A model generated the notes under the pieces. It did not search any database and was not told the DNA's origin. It saw only the letters and a list, made by a program, of their open reading frames with translations. From Trichodelitschia bisporula (Eukaryota): 64,000 bases of DNA. The position numbers and the translations under genes were made by a program. The stretch covers positions 371,322 to 435,321 of the forward strand of contig ML996690.1 of NCBI GenBank assembly GCA_010356995.1, written 5' to 3'. Below are positions 34,149 through 45,696 of this stretch, in pieces. How positions within the stretch are numbered: position 1 is the stretch's first letter; each line of letters begins with the position of its first letter.

Positions 34149-36026
34149 TGTTTGCGAACGAGGCATTCTACCACACTCCGGAGAACAAATTTTTGATCCA
34201 TTCGCTACTCTTTCTGGACCGCGAAAACCCGGACACCAACAGCGATTTCACTGAGATCGTCAACTGGATCGGGCAGGCCAAGCTTCAAGAAGGCAAATAT
34301 GACCCGGTCTTGTGGGACAAGGTTCAATTCATGCTCGCCTACGTCAGCACGGGCAGAAGGCTGGACCAGGGCGTGGCCATCAACTTGTACAAGGCAATTT
34401 TGATGGGCATGGCCTCCGACCCGGAGGTGTTGCCTACTGTAGGTGAGGAAGAGAAGCCAGCGTCCCCCTATGCTACGACCTTTCTGCCCCCTGAAATCTC
34501 GTCTTCGATCCTCGAAGAGCTGGGGGAGAATGACGACGAGGCCCAAATCCCTCAATTCGATCTGTTATACGGTACCATCGACCGACTGGCATCCATTATT
34601 CTTCGCATGGGTCTCCTGACCGCCATCCCGCCCTGGCTCGGTCAGGGACCTGGCCTCATTGAACCGGAAGCAACCATCGCCGCTCGCATCGTGGAAGAAA
34701 TGATTTTCGACATTGACGAAGACGGCGAAGGCAGTCCCATCATCGAGCACATGTACCGGCCAAGGACAGTCATCCAGAACATTCACATCATCGACAGATT
34801 CCGGGGCTCCGCTAGAGAATACGTATTGCCAGATTTCCCGCCTGCTCTCACTCCTGCGCAATGGGTTGCACTCCTCGAATACGATCGCAAAACGGATCGC
34901 CAGTTCCGCAAGCTCTCAGCCGTGCTCCAGGAATTGGACTGCGTGTCGTACGCAGAGCGCGTCATCGTTTCGGCCTTCCACGCGGGCATCAGACCCAGTC
35001 AGACATTCGCCCGGTGCAACAGAATGAACCCAACTCTCGTGGAGAACTTTGTGCAGAATTCGCTTGAAAGTGAGATGGTGCATCCACTACCGAGAAACGA
35101 ATTCCTTGGAGCTTTGAACCTCTATACGAATCTCATGGGCGCGTTAAAGGTGTACTCAAAGGAGCTTACTGAGCCCTCCAAAACTTTCGTCCAGTTCCGT
35201 CCTGGCATGTCCTTCAGCCCGGTGGTGCTGCCGGAGGGAGTGCGTGACCTCAGCTGGGCCGTGAAGGAAGGCTTGAAGGATCTCATCCAGGCGCTAGAGG
35301 GGCAAACGGAGGATCTGACCAAGGCCGTCGATGAGCAAATCGAAGCCGAGATAATTCAGGAGGCCAACATGCCAGTAAAGGAGACATGCGGCTGCTGTAA
35401 GATTCCGTTCGATTGCATGAAGGGCACTTCACGCGTCTGTCCGGCGACGGGAGAGACATGGTGGGCGAAAATGCCGTGCCATCTCTTCATGGGCGAGACA
35501 CTGTATATGGAGGTTATCGAGAGCATCAAGCTTGAAGATGATCAGGCGCGAGGTATGCCTCGTTTCTCCTTTCGAAGTGTTTATGCTAACTTCAGTTGCA
35601 GCGGATGCTCTACCCGCCGTCATTAAGCCTCGGAATGAGATGGTCGAAGTCACCTCGCCGCCTGAGCCCGAAAGACCGCGGGGCATATTCGGGAATCTCT
35701 TCAAATCCAAAAAGACGCCAGCGCCAGCAACCAAGCTCGTTCCTGCTCCGCGTGACTACACCAATTTCAAGTTCCAGGCGCCAGAGCCGACCAAGCCCCC
35801 TGCGGTTGTTGAATCGCCATGGATACTGCCGAAGCACAACAAGGAAATCTTAGACGAAATTCGAGCGTTTTCTCCTGAAAATTTGATGAGGCTGCTGCCG
35901 TTGATACTGCCGGCAATGGGAGAAGAACCCCTTTTTGACCGGTCGGGACAGCAGGCCCTGGAGGAGGCTACAAAGTTTCCTGGGCGCTGTGGCAGGCGAG
36001 CGAGGATGGCGAATCGGTTTACATGA
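34149..36026 (+). CDS. Hypothetical protein with Cys/His cluster (RING-like remnant), intron 35553-35595/35601
   Basis: A long ORF is joined to the 35532-36026 frame by a canonical GTATGC..GCTAAC..CAG intron. Contains CGCC...C...C...MPCH; no confident family. Confidence 0.6.
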
Positions 36027-36538
36027 GACGGCGTAGATATATGCAGATTCCTGAACTTTGCTGGCGCATGTGTTGGTTAAGAAGCTTGTTGCGTTGGAGT
36101 AATTCACACATCGTTCTCGTTGACCGGTACTAGTTTCCCAGTGGCTCTTTGTGCGAATGTCTCATCCCTAAGTCCACTTGGGGCAACAGCTTCCGGGGAA
36201 TCGTTCATCGGTCTGGTTCGGGGGTTCCTGCCCATTTGGAGTTACTTGCCTGCTTTGGCGCTTGCCCGTGCCCACCTCCCAAGACACAAGGCTGCGAGGC
36301 GACGATCGTAAGTTCTTAAGCCGTTCAGGGCACGGCATGGTGTATGGTGGCGTCTTGTCTCCCAATGGGAGCTGACCCGAAGCCGAGATCGACATTGGCG
36401 CAACCAAACGGTTGAGGCGTGGCTGGCCTGCAAAGGATGGAGGCCTTCTCAGACGAAGTTCTGGTTCGAATCATCGGACCGTATGTACCCGTATTTATGC
36501 TATATCAATTGTTACAGTTGGATTTTTCATGATGTTCC

Positions 36539-36638
36539 GGCATGATGGCCGAGTGGTCTAAGGCGGTAGATTTAAGAGCCCTCATTGGCTAAACCTCTAC
36601 TGGGGCAACCCGCGTGAGTTCGAACCTCACTCATGTCA
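36539..36638 (+). tRNA. tRNA-Leu (anticodon UAA) with 18-nt intron (36577-36594)
   Basis: Acceptor stem GGCATGA/TCATGTC; A-box TGGCCGAGTGG; anticodon stem GTAGA/TCTAC with TAA at 36573-36575; long variable arm; B-box GAGTTCGAACC; oligo-T Pol III terminator downstream (~36647-36671). Confidence 0.95.
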
Positions 36639-37473
36639 ATATCAACTTTTGCTTCTGCACTTCTTTTTTTTGGGAGTTGTGTATGGGCCACGCCGAGGCG
36701 GGGGACGCCGCCCCGTTAGCCCGTTGGCCCGCTAACAGCCGTGACAGCCTCAAAATCAGCCCAAGCGCGCGGCAGACGAATTCGGCGAATTCACTACCGC
36801 GACGCGAAAGGGGTTGAACGCCATTTGGCGCCTTCTGCAGATCGTGTGAAGATCTACAGCCCTGTCTCAGACATAAGCTTTCAGTGGGTTAGGGGAGGCT
36901 CTCCAGCTGCCTGTCCCCTCAACTGTTCACCGCATGTGTGGGTACCATGCAAGCACGGCCACCGTGGTCAAGAAGCCCTTTACATATGGGAGATGCATGT
37001 TCCTTGAGTATCTCTTCTCAATGATTTCCTCTGACGGTTAGAGCAGCTACTCCGGATGCTCGAGGAGCCTCTACGGCTTGGGGGCTAATAGCCGTCGGAA
37101 TCCGATGCTCACCGCGTACTTCTTTTCCCATCCGAAACATCCTATCATGGCGATCCCAGGCCAAGGCAATTCAGTATCAGAGGCTGGATCCACCCCCGGG
37201 AAACCGGGACTTGGCCGGGGAATGCGGAGGTTATCCCTTTCCCATCATCTGACGGCTCAATGCCCAGTTCAACCAAGCGCACAGCGCAGCTGAACTGGCT
37301 GCTTTTCCAGGTACTTGGCCTGGTGGGCGTCGACATGCCATATATCTACTCGGCTGTCTGCTGAGACTGGTCCCGGGCCAGCTTCAACTGTCTTTATACT
37401 CTCCTTCCAGTGCTCTCGTTCATGCCTAAATATTTATACTTTTTGTAATCGAATCTACACTCTTTTATCGAAT

Positions 37474-38887
37474 ATGAGTTCCTCCAGTACGAACACCAAG
37501 GTGGTGTGGGACGCGTCGGCATCCCAGGGCCTTGCGGTTAATGCGGTGTGCATTACGTTTGGGGTGCTGATGACAATTGTCATTGCACTGCGGTTCTATA
37601 CTCGGGTACATGTTATCCGCTCTGTGGGACATGACGATCGTAAGATTTTAGACCTTCTGCACTGGCCCACTGACTGACCATTACAGTCCTCATGTGTGCA
37701 GCATTTGTAAGATCGGATACTGTGATGGAAAGCTCACGCTCACGGAGACTAGGTACTGGCATGGATAGTGATAGGTGTTACAATGCAAGGTACCAACAAC
37801 ATCAACTCCGCTTGAACTTGACTAACACAGTCCAGCTGTGAAGCTTGGTGTGGGAACTCATTACTGGGTCATCGTCGCAAAGGGGGCCGACGTCGTGGCC
37901 GCCTACTGGCGTGTATGCTCCATTCCGAGCCTCGCAAATGTACCCTATGAGCTAACCAAGTTCCAGGCCCTGTGGTTTGTCGCTTTGGCTTACAACGCCG
38001 CCATGATGGTGATCAAGATCTCCGTCCTTGCTCTTTACCAGCGCCTCGGCGACAGGGGCCTCAAACGACTTTCTTTCGGCATGATGGGAATTGTAGCCTG
38101 CTCCGGCATCGCGAACATGCTCACCGTGGTGTTCCAATGCAAACCCCTCGACGCGGCATGGGATATTCGGATCAAGGAAAAGAAGTGCATAAACTTGAAC
38201 GGCTTCTACTTGGCCGTTGCTGTTACCAACATCCTTACCGACTTGATGACATACACCCTCCCGATTCCCCTCGTTGTCAAGCTCCAGCTGCCGAAGAAGC
38301 AGAAGATAGTCTTGGGCATCATGCTCTGTCTCGGTCTCTTGTAAGTGCGGCACCGCCTCCCGGTGTCCCCGTACTGATAGGTTAGTGCCTGCCTCACTTC
38401 CATGGCTCGCATCATCACCGTACCCAAACTCCTCGTCACCAAAGACCCGAGTTGGACCATCGCTACCCCTACATACTGGGCCATCATCGAATGCTGCGTC
38501 GGCATCATCACCGCCTCAATACCCTCCCTCAAGCCCCTGGCCAAGCGTTACATCCCGCGCATCCTGGGCGAGCCATCGGGCCGCGCCTCCGGCAACCGCG
38601 GTGAGCACGGCACTTCCGAAGCCGAGAGCGGAGACGAGACATTGCGCAAGCATCGTGCTCACCGCGGCCATAGCGGCATCACGAGTAGGGCTACACTACG
38701 GTCCGCAGCATCGCTGAATTCCGACTCGGATATGGAGAAGGAGCAGGAGATGGTCGGGATTGGGCATGCGGAGTTGCGGACGGTGGTGGAACAGGACTTG
38801 GAGGCGGGGAGGCAGACGCTGTTGAATGTGCCCGAGGGGAAGATTATGGCGATAACGGAGATTGTGACGCATTTTGAGGAGAGATGA
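37474..38887 (+). CDS. PTH11-like (rhodopsin-domain) 7-TM integral membrane protein without CFEM, 6 exons
   Basis: ALRFYTRV...GHDD; KISVLALYQRL; FQCKPLDAAWD; NILTDL...LPIP..KLQLPKKQK; WAIIECCVGIITASIPSLKP. Micro-exons 37687-37706 and 37753-37789 keep the frame. Confidence 0.9.
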
Positions 38888-39822
38888 TGTCGGCGTATGT
38901 TTTCTTTCGGATGGGGAGTTGACCGGGCGGCATTCGGGCTTTGAGGCTTGACTTTGGTCATATCAGCGTGGGTGGGAAGGTTGGTTGGATGGATTGCAAT
39001 GACTTGGGAGGAGTTCTGAGCTGCACTTTGAGGGTTTGGGAACTATCCTTAGTAATTCCAGCGATGTCGGTTTCCGTTCATGAAGCTGTGTTGGCGTGCT
39101 TTCTTGATGTCACTCCATGAATGGGGCGCCGGAACGCTCTTGCCAAACACTCCAGGAGGTTTTAAGACCCCAGAACGGTACTACCATTGACATCACTTGG
39201 TTCATTCGGAGGCCATAAAATGCAGAGAGACTCAACATGTTAGAAAGTAAAACATGGGGCTGTTCTCACTTCTCCATATGAGAGATTGCGACAGCACGTC
39301 ATGATAAGCTCCTGCCTCCCACCCCTCAGCCTTCCGATCACCACCAGGGCGCAATCACAGCAAACAAATGTATCTCTGCTCCAGAAGTCGCCCAGTACCA
39401 TGATCGAACCAATGCGAGCCCCCAAGCTTCCAGAACATCCCCCAAGTCCGCACCAGACGATCCGCATTTCCCACCTCATATATCTGAGCCCCGTCCAGAC
39501 AAGGCAGCCCTCCCAGAACCAATCACTTCAAGCACCGTTGCCCAACCGCCCAAAGTGCATTAGAACACACCAGCAAAATACAGTCTCTTTCCGCACTCAA
39601 AACCCCCCACGGTCATTGCCTCGAGATTACCCGCCCGCCCTTCGTCATGTCGCTATCTCGACCCCGCACCCACCCGCTCCGCTCATATCAGCCCAGTATC
39701 AGCGCTCAATACCAAACGCGCCCCGAAATGAGCCCCGCGGGCACGTATGATATCATGGTGCGATAAGCCTTAAGCGGCGCGCGCGCCCACGTTCGCGACC
39801 ACAACTGCACCGAACACCCATC

Positions 39823-40963
39823 ATGACACTTTTCCGCAGGATCGCAGCCTCGCTCGCGCTCGCTGGCCTCGCCTCCGCGCAGGCAGAAATCACACTCGAC
39901 CAGATCTCGCCCAAGAACGGGCCGTTCCCCGTCATTCCCCTCCTTGGGTTCGGAACTTGGGAGCTGCCTAACTCGCGTGTGGGCTCGGAGGCTGTGGCTA
40001 ATGCGATTGTGACCGGGTTTCGCCATTTCGATTGTGCGCAGGCGTATAGCAACCAGAAGGCGGTTGCGACGGGGCTGAAGGATGGGTTGCAGCGGGCCGG
40101 GTTGAAGAGGCAGGATATTTGGGTGACGACGAAGATCTGGAGTACTCGGTGGGTGGGGTGCGGCATGACGAGGTGAGGTGGAGCTGATGTGCGTAGGCAT
40201 GGGAGTAAGATTCCATCGGGTCTGGATCAGAACCTCCAGGAGCTGGGCCTAGATTATATCGACTTGGTATTGATGCACTTCCCCATTGGGAGCGCAACTG
40301 GGAAAGCCGAGTACGATTACGTGGCTGTGCGTATGCTACCTCCGGTCCGAGATCATCAAGTTGACGGGACTAGACATGGAAGGAGATGGAGAAGCTCGTG
40401 GCCGGCGGAAAGGTCCGTCACATCGGCATCTCCAACTTCAACATCCAACAGCTGAGCGAGCTCCTCGGCAATGCGACCATCAAGCCATTTGTACGTCTGT
40501 CTCTTAGATCCGTCAGCTGTCACTAACTTCATAGACGCACCAAAACGAGCTTCACCCTTACCTTCAGCAAAAGTCTTTCGTCGAATTCCACAAAAAGAAC
40601 AATGTCACCCTGACCGCCTACGCGCCCCTCGGCAACACCAACTCCGCCTACAGGCAGCGCGCGAGCCGCACCGGCGCACCGGGCAAGATGCTGGCGGACC
40701 CCGTGCTTGGGGAGATCGGTAAGGCGCGCGGGTGCTCGCCAGCGCAAGTGGCGCTGAAATGGAACATGCGGCGTGGTGTCGTGGTGCATCCCAAGGCGGC
40801 GAACAAGGACCATCAGAAGGAGAACTTCGAGGCGTATAAGTGTCCGTTGACGGCCGAGGATGACGCCAAAATTGCGGCCATTGACAAGAAGTATCGGTTT
40901 TGGAATCCGTGTAAGATGCTACTGCAACTGGAATGTTTCATGGGGCTCGATGGGTATCCGTGA
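39823..40963 (+). CDS. Aldo-keto reductase with N-terminal signal-peptide-like sequence, 4 exons
   Basis: [65 protein letters not shown]. Introns ~40149-40196, ~40327-40372, ~40491-40534. Confidence 0.93.
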
Positions 40964-41035
40964 GTGGCTCGGGGTTGGTCAGCGTATTCTTTGCATATAA
41001 GCTTTAGGTGTGCTCACCGGGAGTCTAGTGCTCTA

Positions 41036-42741
41036 CTAGTTCCGAAAAAACCGACTTGTCGATAATAAAGGTCGGCTAGTTATCTTGCTGCTTCCGGAAG
41101 CAATATCTGTTCCAGAGAGCCTTCTAATTATCTGCACGATGGCTACCCTCCTATTCATGATCATGGTTTCCGAGAAGGCGAGATCGAAAGCCTTCGGCTC
41201 AGACTCATCGGGCGTGTCACGACCTGTGCAATACCGTACGTGGCATTCTTGCAGGGTCTTCTTTGTGTCTTGAGGAAGTATGCCGCCCTCGAGGGAGCCG
41301 TGTCGTCTCCTGAACCATACAGTGGTGGTGGGCGATTTGCCATTCTGCAAATGTAACTCTGCCACACCGCCGTCAACCCCGAAGTCTGGTAGTGACAGGG
41401 TACAATTGCAGCTGTTCCATGAATCCTTAGGTACGGCGTCCATATAGTAGGGTATGTTGCCTTGCGTAAATCTGATGAATACAAGATAGGGCACGTCAGG
41501 CTGCCAATTGCTGGAGCTATCAACCGGACGGTCCCTCGTGAGGACAACGGTAGCACTAGTTCCGAGCGGCGTTCGTGCCTCATGAAAGTGACGATCCACT
41601 GGATGTTGATCCGCGCTCAAAATACACAGCCTTGGGGAATCCACCCAGAACTGACTTGGAAGGTCCTGGCCCACATGTGTGAGCTCAAGTGCCAGAGGCG
41701 AAAAAGGGCGAATTCATTTACAACAGTTTAGAAGGGCAAATGATTTGTCGGGTTTCTCGTCGTGGGGCTAGATGTTGAGCTTGAGACGGAGACCCAGGCT
41801 GATCACCTCCATTGATTCGTTCCATTGCGGATGTGCGCCATTGCACTATATCATGGCCGCCCTGACAAAACCTTGGCGATGGAGCAAAGATGGCGTTGGC
41901 GAGTGTGAAGGGCAATTGTATAGGTTCCCACGCGAGGATGGAATGATCGGCTGTAGTTTTAACAATTTCTGCCGGGAGTTAGTCCGTGGTGATGATTACA
42001 GAGTGAATGACTTTGTCTACTTCCTCAAAACGAACCTTCCTGAAGTCGGATGAAGGCCTTCCGACCTTCTCCGTAGAGAAGGGGCATGTTGATTTGGAAG
42101 ATAACAAGTAAACAATAGGCCTCATCTTCCACTCTGGTAGTGAAGCAGCCAGCTGCACACGACATACGGTGGGCGACGCTTTTGCGCCGAAGTCTGTCGG
42201 CGATGGGGATATAGCGGTGATATGAGTCTTGAGGCACCAAGGTGTCACGACTGATGCGGGTGATTTCCATGATTTCTTCGAGGAGTGATAGCCTGCTTCC
42301 AAATTCGTTCCAGGAGGAGTCGTAAAAGCAGACTTCCCATGGTGCGATCAATTCTTGGAGGGTCCATCCCCTGGTAAACCATTTGCTCTCCGCGAACTCC
42401 TGGAGGTCCCGGTCATGAACGTTATCCAGGTATGCATAGCAGACCTGTGCATCGCTATACCATTGGAACATTGAATTGATGGCCTCGGAAAGCTCGGTGC
42501 TGCTGGATTTGTCGATACATACAGTGTCGATCCAGACAAAGTAGATATTGTCACTGTCTGCTTGTATGCAAGCTTAGTCGACCTTGAAGAAACCCTTTTT
42601 GTCCTTGGCTTCGGGGGTGCTGTAATCTTGAAAAGTGACCTTATCTTCGGTTTTCCCCCATTTGTGAGAGACAATGGGGAACTGCTCATACCGAGGATCC
42701 AACTGTTCAAGCTCGCGAGTGTGAACGTTGATCACCCTCAT
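41036..42741 (-). pseudogene. HET (heterokaryon incompatibility) domain gene, disrupted
   Basis: MRVINVHT...VSHKWG...WIDTVCIDKSSSTELSEAINSMFQWY...WFTRGWTLQELIAP...MPLLYGEG..AFIRLQE. In-frame TAA at 42576-42574; apparent frameshift near 41820; TAG at 41770-41768 and TGA at 41716-41714. Confidence 0.88.
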
Positions 42742-43593
42742 TTGGACAATGGTTGCGAGGTCGTTGGATTAACCGGTAGGAATGTGCGATAGATCTGATG
42801 GGGAATAAATGGAGGAATAGATGGTAGGACGAAAACTAGAAGGCTCGATGAAGCAGACAGCGAGGAACTCGAGCTGAGACGGGGTGTATGAAAGGGATTG
42901 ATCAGTCAGCTGGTCAAGCCCCGCTCAGCCTTACCAGCTGGCGGGTTCGAATGTATTGCCAGCTGACGGGCTCCAATGCATATTGCTAGCTGGTAGCCTC
43001 CAAGGGCATACTGGAGGACTATGCTGCCATAGACAATGATCGGCGATGATTCGGAGAGGGTAAGGCGCCATAGACGGCTGATCTCAGTCTCTCCTTTCAG
43101 GATCGAGTTGTGCTGAGTGGTAAGCACTTCCGCGAAGCATGATACATCGATGAGCATTTGATCTGTCTGCCTCGTACAAAGTGTCGAATTCCCGACTCAG
43201 AAAGCTGTGTGATGAACTGTTGAAGTCGTGATGTCTTGATAGCGTCTAAGTCGAAGCCAACGCTCCCCTGCAAGGCCCGTGCGGTTGACGTTCAAGGGCT
43301 CCCCACGCTGCCCGCTCGAGTTGCCGTCTTTACCATCCGCCAGTCGATGATTATGAAGCTCTCATCAACCTCGGAACAGCGCACGGCAATATCGTGTCCA
43401 AGACGCACATTTGTGAGCCCCAACAGTACTTACCAGTAGTCAGACAGTTAGGGCAAAACACCGTACCCGGCAAGCCGAACCGACCACCAAATCCTCCCCT
43501 CAATCCCATATCCTCCCCCCCCCCCCCCCCCCCCCACTCGATCCCCACCTCACGGCATCTCCACAACCCCATCCACCCCACATACCCACAACA

Positions 43594-44298
43594 ATGTTCT
43601 ACCAACCAGGCACCACCGACCACAACCTCCCCCACGACCCCTTCAAAGCCTGCGTCGTCCCGCGGCCCATTGGCTGGATCAGCACCACCTCGCCCACAGG
43701 GGCGCACAACCTCGCGCCCTACAGCCAATTCAACAACCTAACCTTCGACCCGCCCTACGTCATGTTCGCCGCGAATCAGACACCAGCCGGCATCCGCAAG
43801 GACACAGTCGCCAACGTCGAGGCCACGCGCAAGTTCTGCTGGAACCTGGCGACGTGGAAGTTGCGCGATGCGGTCAATGTCAGCGCCGAGCAAGTCCCGC
43901 CCGGCGTGGATGAGTTCGAGCGGGCCGGGTTGGAGAAGACGATGAGTACGGTGGTGGAGGGTGTGCCGATGGTGAAGGAGAGCCCGGTGCGGTTTGAGTG
44001 CGAGTATTACAGCACGATACGCTTGCCGGGAAATCCGCCCATGGGTACAGTGGATATCGTGATTGGTAAGGTGGTGGGCGTGCATATCGCCGACGAGGTG
44101 CTGAGTGAGGATGGGAGGGTGGATATCCGGAAGACGGAACCCATTGCGAGGTGTGGATACTACGAGTATGCGGTTGTGCGGGAGACGTTTGACATGGTCA
44201 TTCCGGGCAACGATGCTGCCATCTTGGGCGGGTTAGAAGGGAGTTCCAAGAAGAATCGCGCCCTGGACACGAAGAAAGAACCCAAGAATCCCATATAG
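43594..44298 (+). CDS. Flavin reductase-like FMN-binding split-barrel protein (DIM6/NTAB family)
   Basis: PRPIGWIST...NLAPYSQFN...KDTVANVE...VDEFERAGL...PMVKESPVRFEC; intronless. Confidence 0.92.
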   Translation: MFYQPGTTDHNLPHDPFKACVVPRPIGWISTTSPTGAHNLAPYSQFNNLTFDPPYVMFAANQTPAGIRKDTVANVEATRKFCWNLATWKLRDAVNVSAEQVPPGVDEFERAGLEKTMSTVVEGVPMVKESPVRFECEYYSTIRLPGNPPMGTVDIVIGKVVGVHIADEVLSEDGRVDIRKTEPIARCGYYEYAVVRETFDMVIPGNDAAILGGLEGSSKKNRALDTKKEPKNPI

Positions 44299-44483
44299 AG
44301 ATGCCGGATGAGAAGAGATGACCAAACAAACCAGATAACCATAGTTGGCCAGCTCAAACGCCTGTGATGTCCCCATTCCCATCCCCATTGCGCCATCCAA
44401 CCCGAATCCCATCCACCCATACCGTCTAGAAAACGCCAGCCAACCATCCCGCCCTGAACACCACACGAAAGAAAACAAAACAC

Positions 44484-45248
44484 CTATTGCTCCCCAACCA
44501 CCTTCTCCAGCACCTCCAACCCCCCACTAATCCCCGCATACAACTCCTCCATCCCCGCAACAACACTCCCCTTCGCCTTCACCACCTCCTCCAACATCCC
44601 CCTCCCCCTGCCCTCTTCCTCCCCACTATCCTCCTCAATCCCCACCCCCTCAACAACAAGCATCATCCCCTCCTGAACACCCACCTGCCTCGCGTCACCC
44701 AGCATCGGCGCCCCCCTAACCTCCGCCCCCGTCACCGCCCACCGCGGCGCCAAACTCCGCGCCGCTGTTACGCTCGCCCCATCCGCCGCGAGATCGACAA
44801 CGACGTAGCGTTCTTCCACCGTGGGGTCTCCGCCCTCGCCTAGCGCGTGTATAGCTGCGGTGCTCAGCGCGTCCGGCTCGTCGTCGCTGAAGACGTAGTA
44901 TGTAGCGGGGTGGTATGTTTCACCGGTTTGGGCGTCGGTTATGAGAGTGAAGAGGGGGTGGAAGGGGGGGTAGTCGTCGCCGTCTGCGTCGCCGTCTGCA
45001 TCTGGATCTGCGTCGTCGGCGGAGGGCGAGGCAGGTGCTTCTGAGTCTGGTGTGGGTTCGGCTTCGGGGTCGGTTGGCGAGTCGTGTTGTGGGCGGGGGG
45101 AGGTGGGTGCGGACGGGGGATGTGTGTCGCCGTCTGCAGCGTAGATGGAGGCGGTGGTTGCGGTGATGGGATCGGGGTGGGCGGTGTTGGTGTTGGGGAG
45201 GAGGGAGGGCAGGAGGCGCGGGGGTCCGTTGTCGGGGGTGTTTGACAT
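44484..45248 (-). CDS. Acidic hypothetical protein
   Basis: 254-aa ATG ORF with an ordered-looking core PLFTLITDAQTGETYHPATYYVFSDD...ARSLAPRWAV and gene-like composition. Confidence 0.65.
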   Translation of the reverse strand: MSNTPDNGPPRLLPSLLPNTNTAHPDPITATTASIYAADGDTHPPSAPTSPRPQHDSPTDPEAEPTPDSEAPASPSADDADPDADGDADGDDYPPFHPLFTLITDAQTGETYHPATYYVFSDDEPDALSTAAIHALGEGGDPTVEERYVVVDLAADGASVTAARSLAPRWAVTGAEVRGAPMLGDARQVGVQEGMMLVVEGVGIEEDSGEEEGRGRGMLEEVVKAKGSVVAGMEELYAGISGGLEVLEKVVGEQ

Positions 45249-45696
45249 GGTGATAATGTCGTTTGGAGGTTGGAGGTTGATGGGAAGGGAGAGAGAGATC
45301 CTGGTTTAGGTTGAGGTTGGGTGGAGCTTGGGCCGCCTGGGGCGTTATCATGTGCTTGGGGTTTGCCAAAAGTTGGTGTTAGGCTGGTGGAGCAGGCCGA
45401 CCATCATGGTGCGTGTCACTGTATCGTAGGGCTGAGCCTCCGGTGCTAACCCCGATGCGTCCGAGCGGTGAGTTCGCCCATTTTGCGGAGTCGAAGAGTG
45501 TCGCATAAAGTTTTGAGCTTCCTGAAGCGCGCAAGCGGATGAGCTACATGGTTGCTACACCTTCCAGCTGCTCAATTGATTGCGCATCATGCGGTTTAAC
45601 TTCCTGCTACTTAAACAGCGCGTCCACCGCTTTCTGCGGAATGGAGCATTCCACCTGTCCTGACAGCTTCGTCCTACATTTGAAGCTCCTGTTAAC

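Noticed and set aside
35532..35626. Apparent frameshift between the 34061-35626 and 35532-36026 ORFs
   Set aside because: Explained by a canonical intron starting at 35553.
42574..42576. Stop-codon readthrough or A-to-I editing rescue of the HET gene
   Set aside because: Additional stops, a frameshift and motif decay make simple pseudogenisation far more parsimonious.
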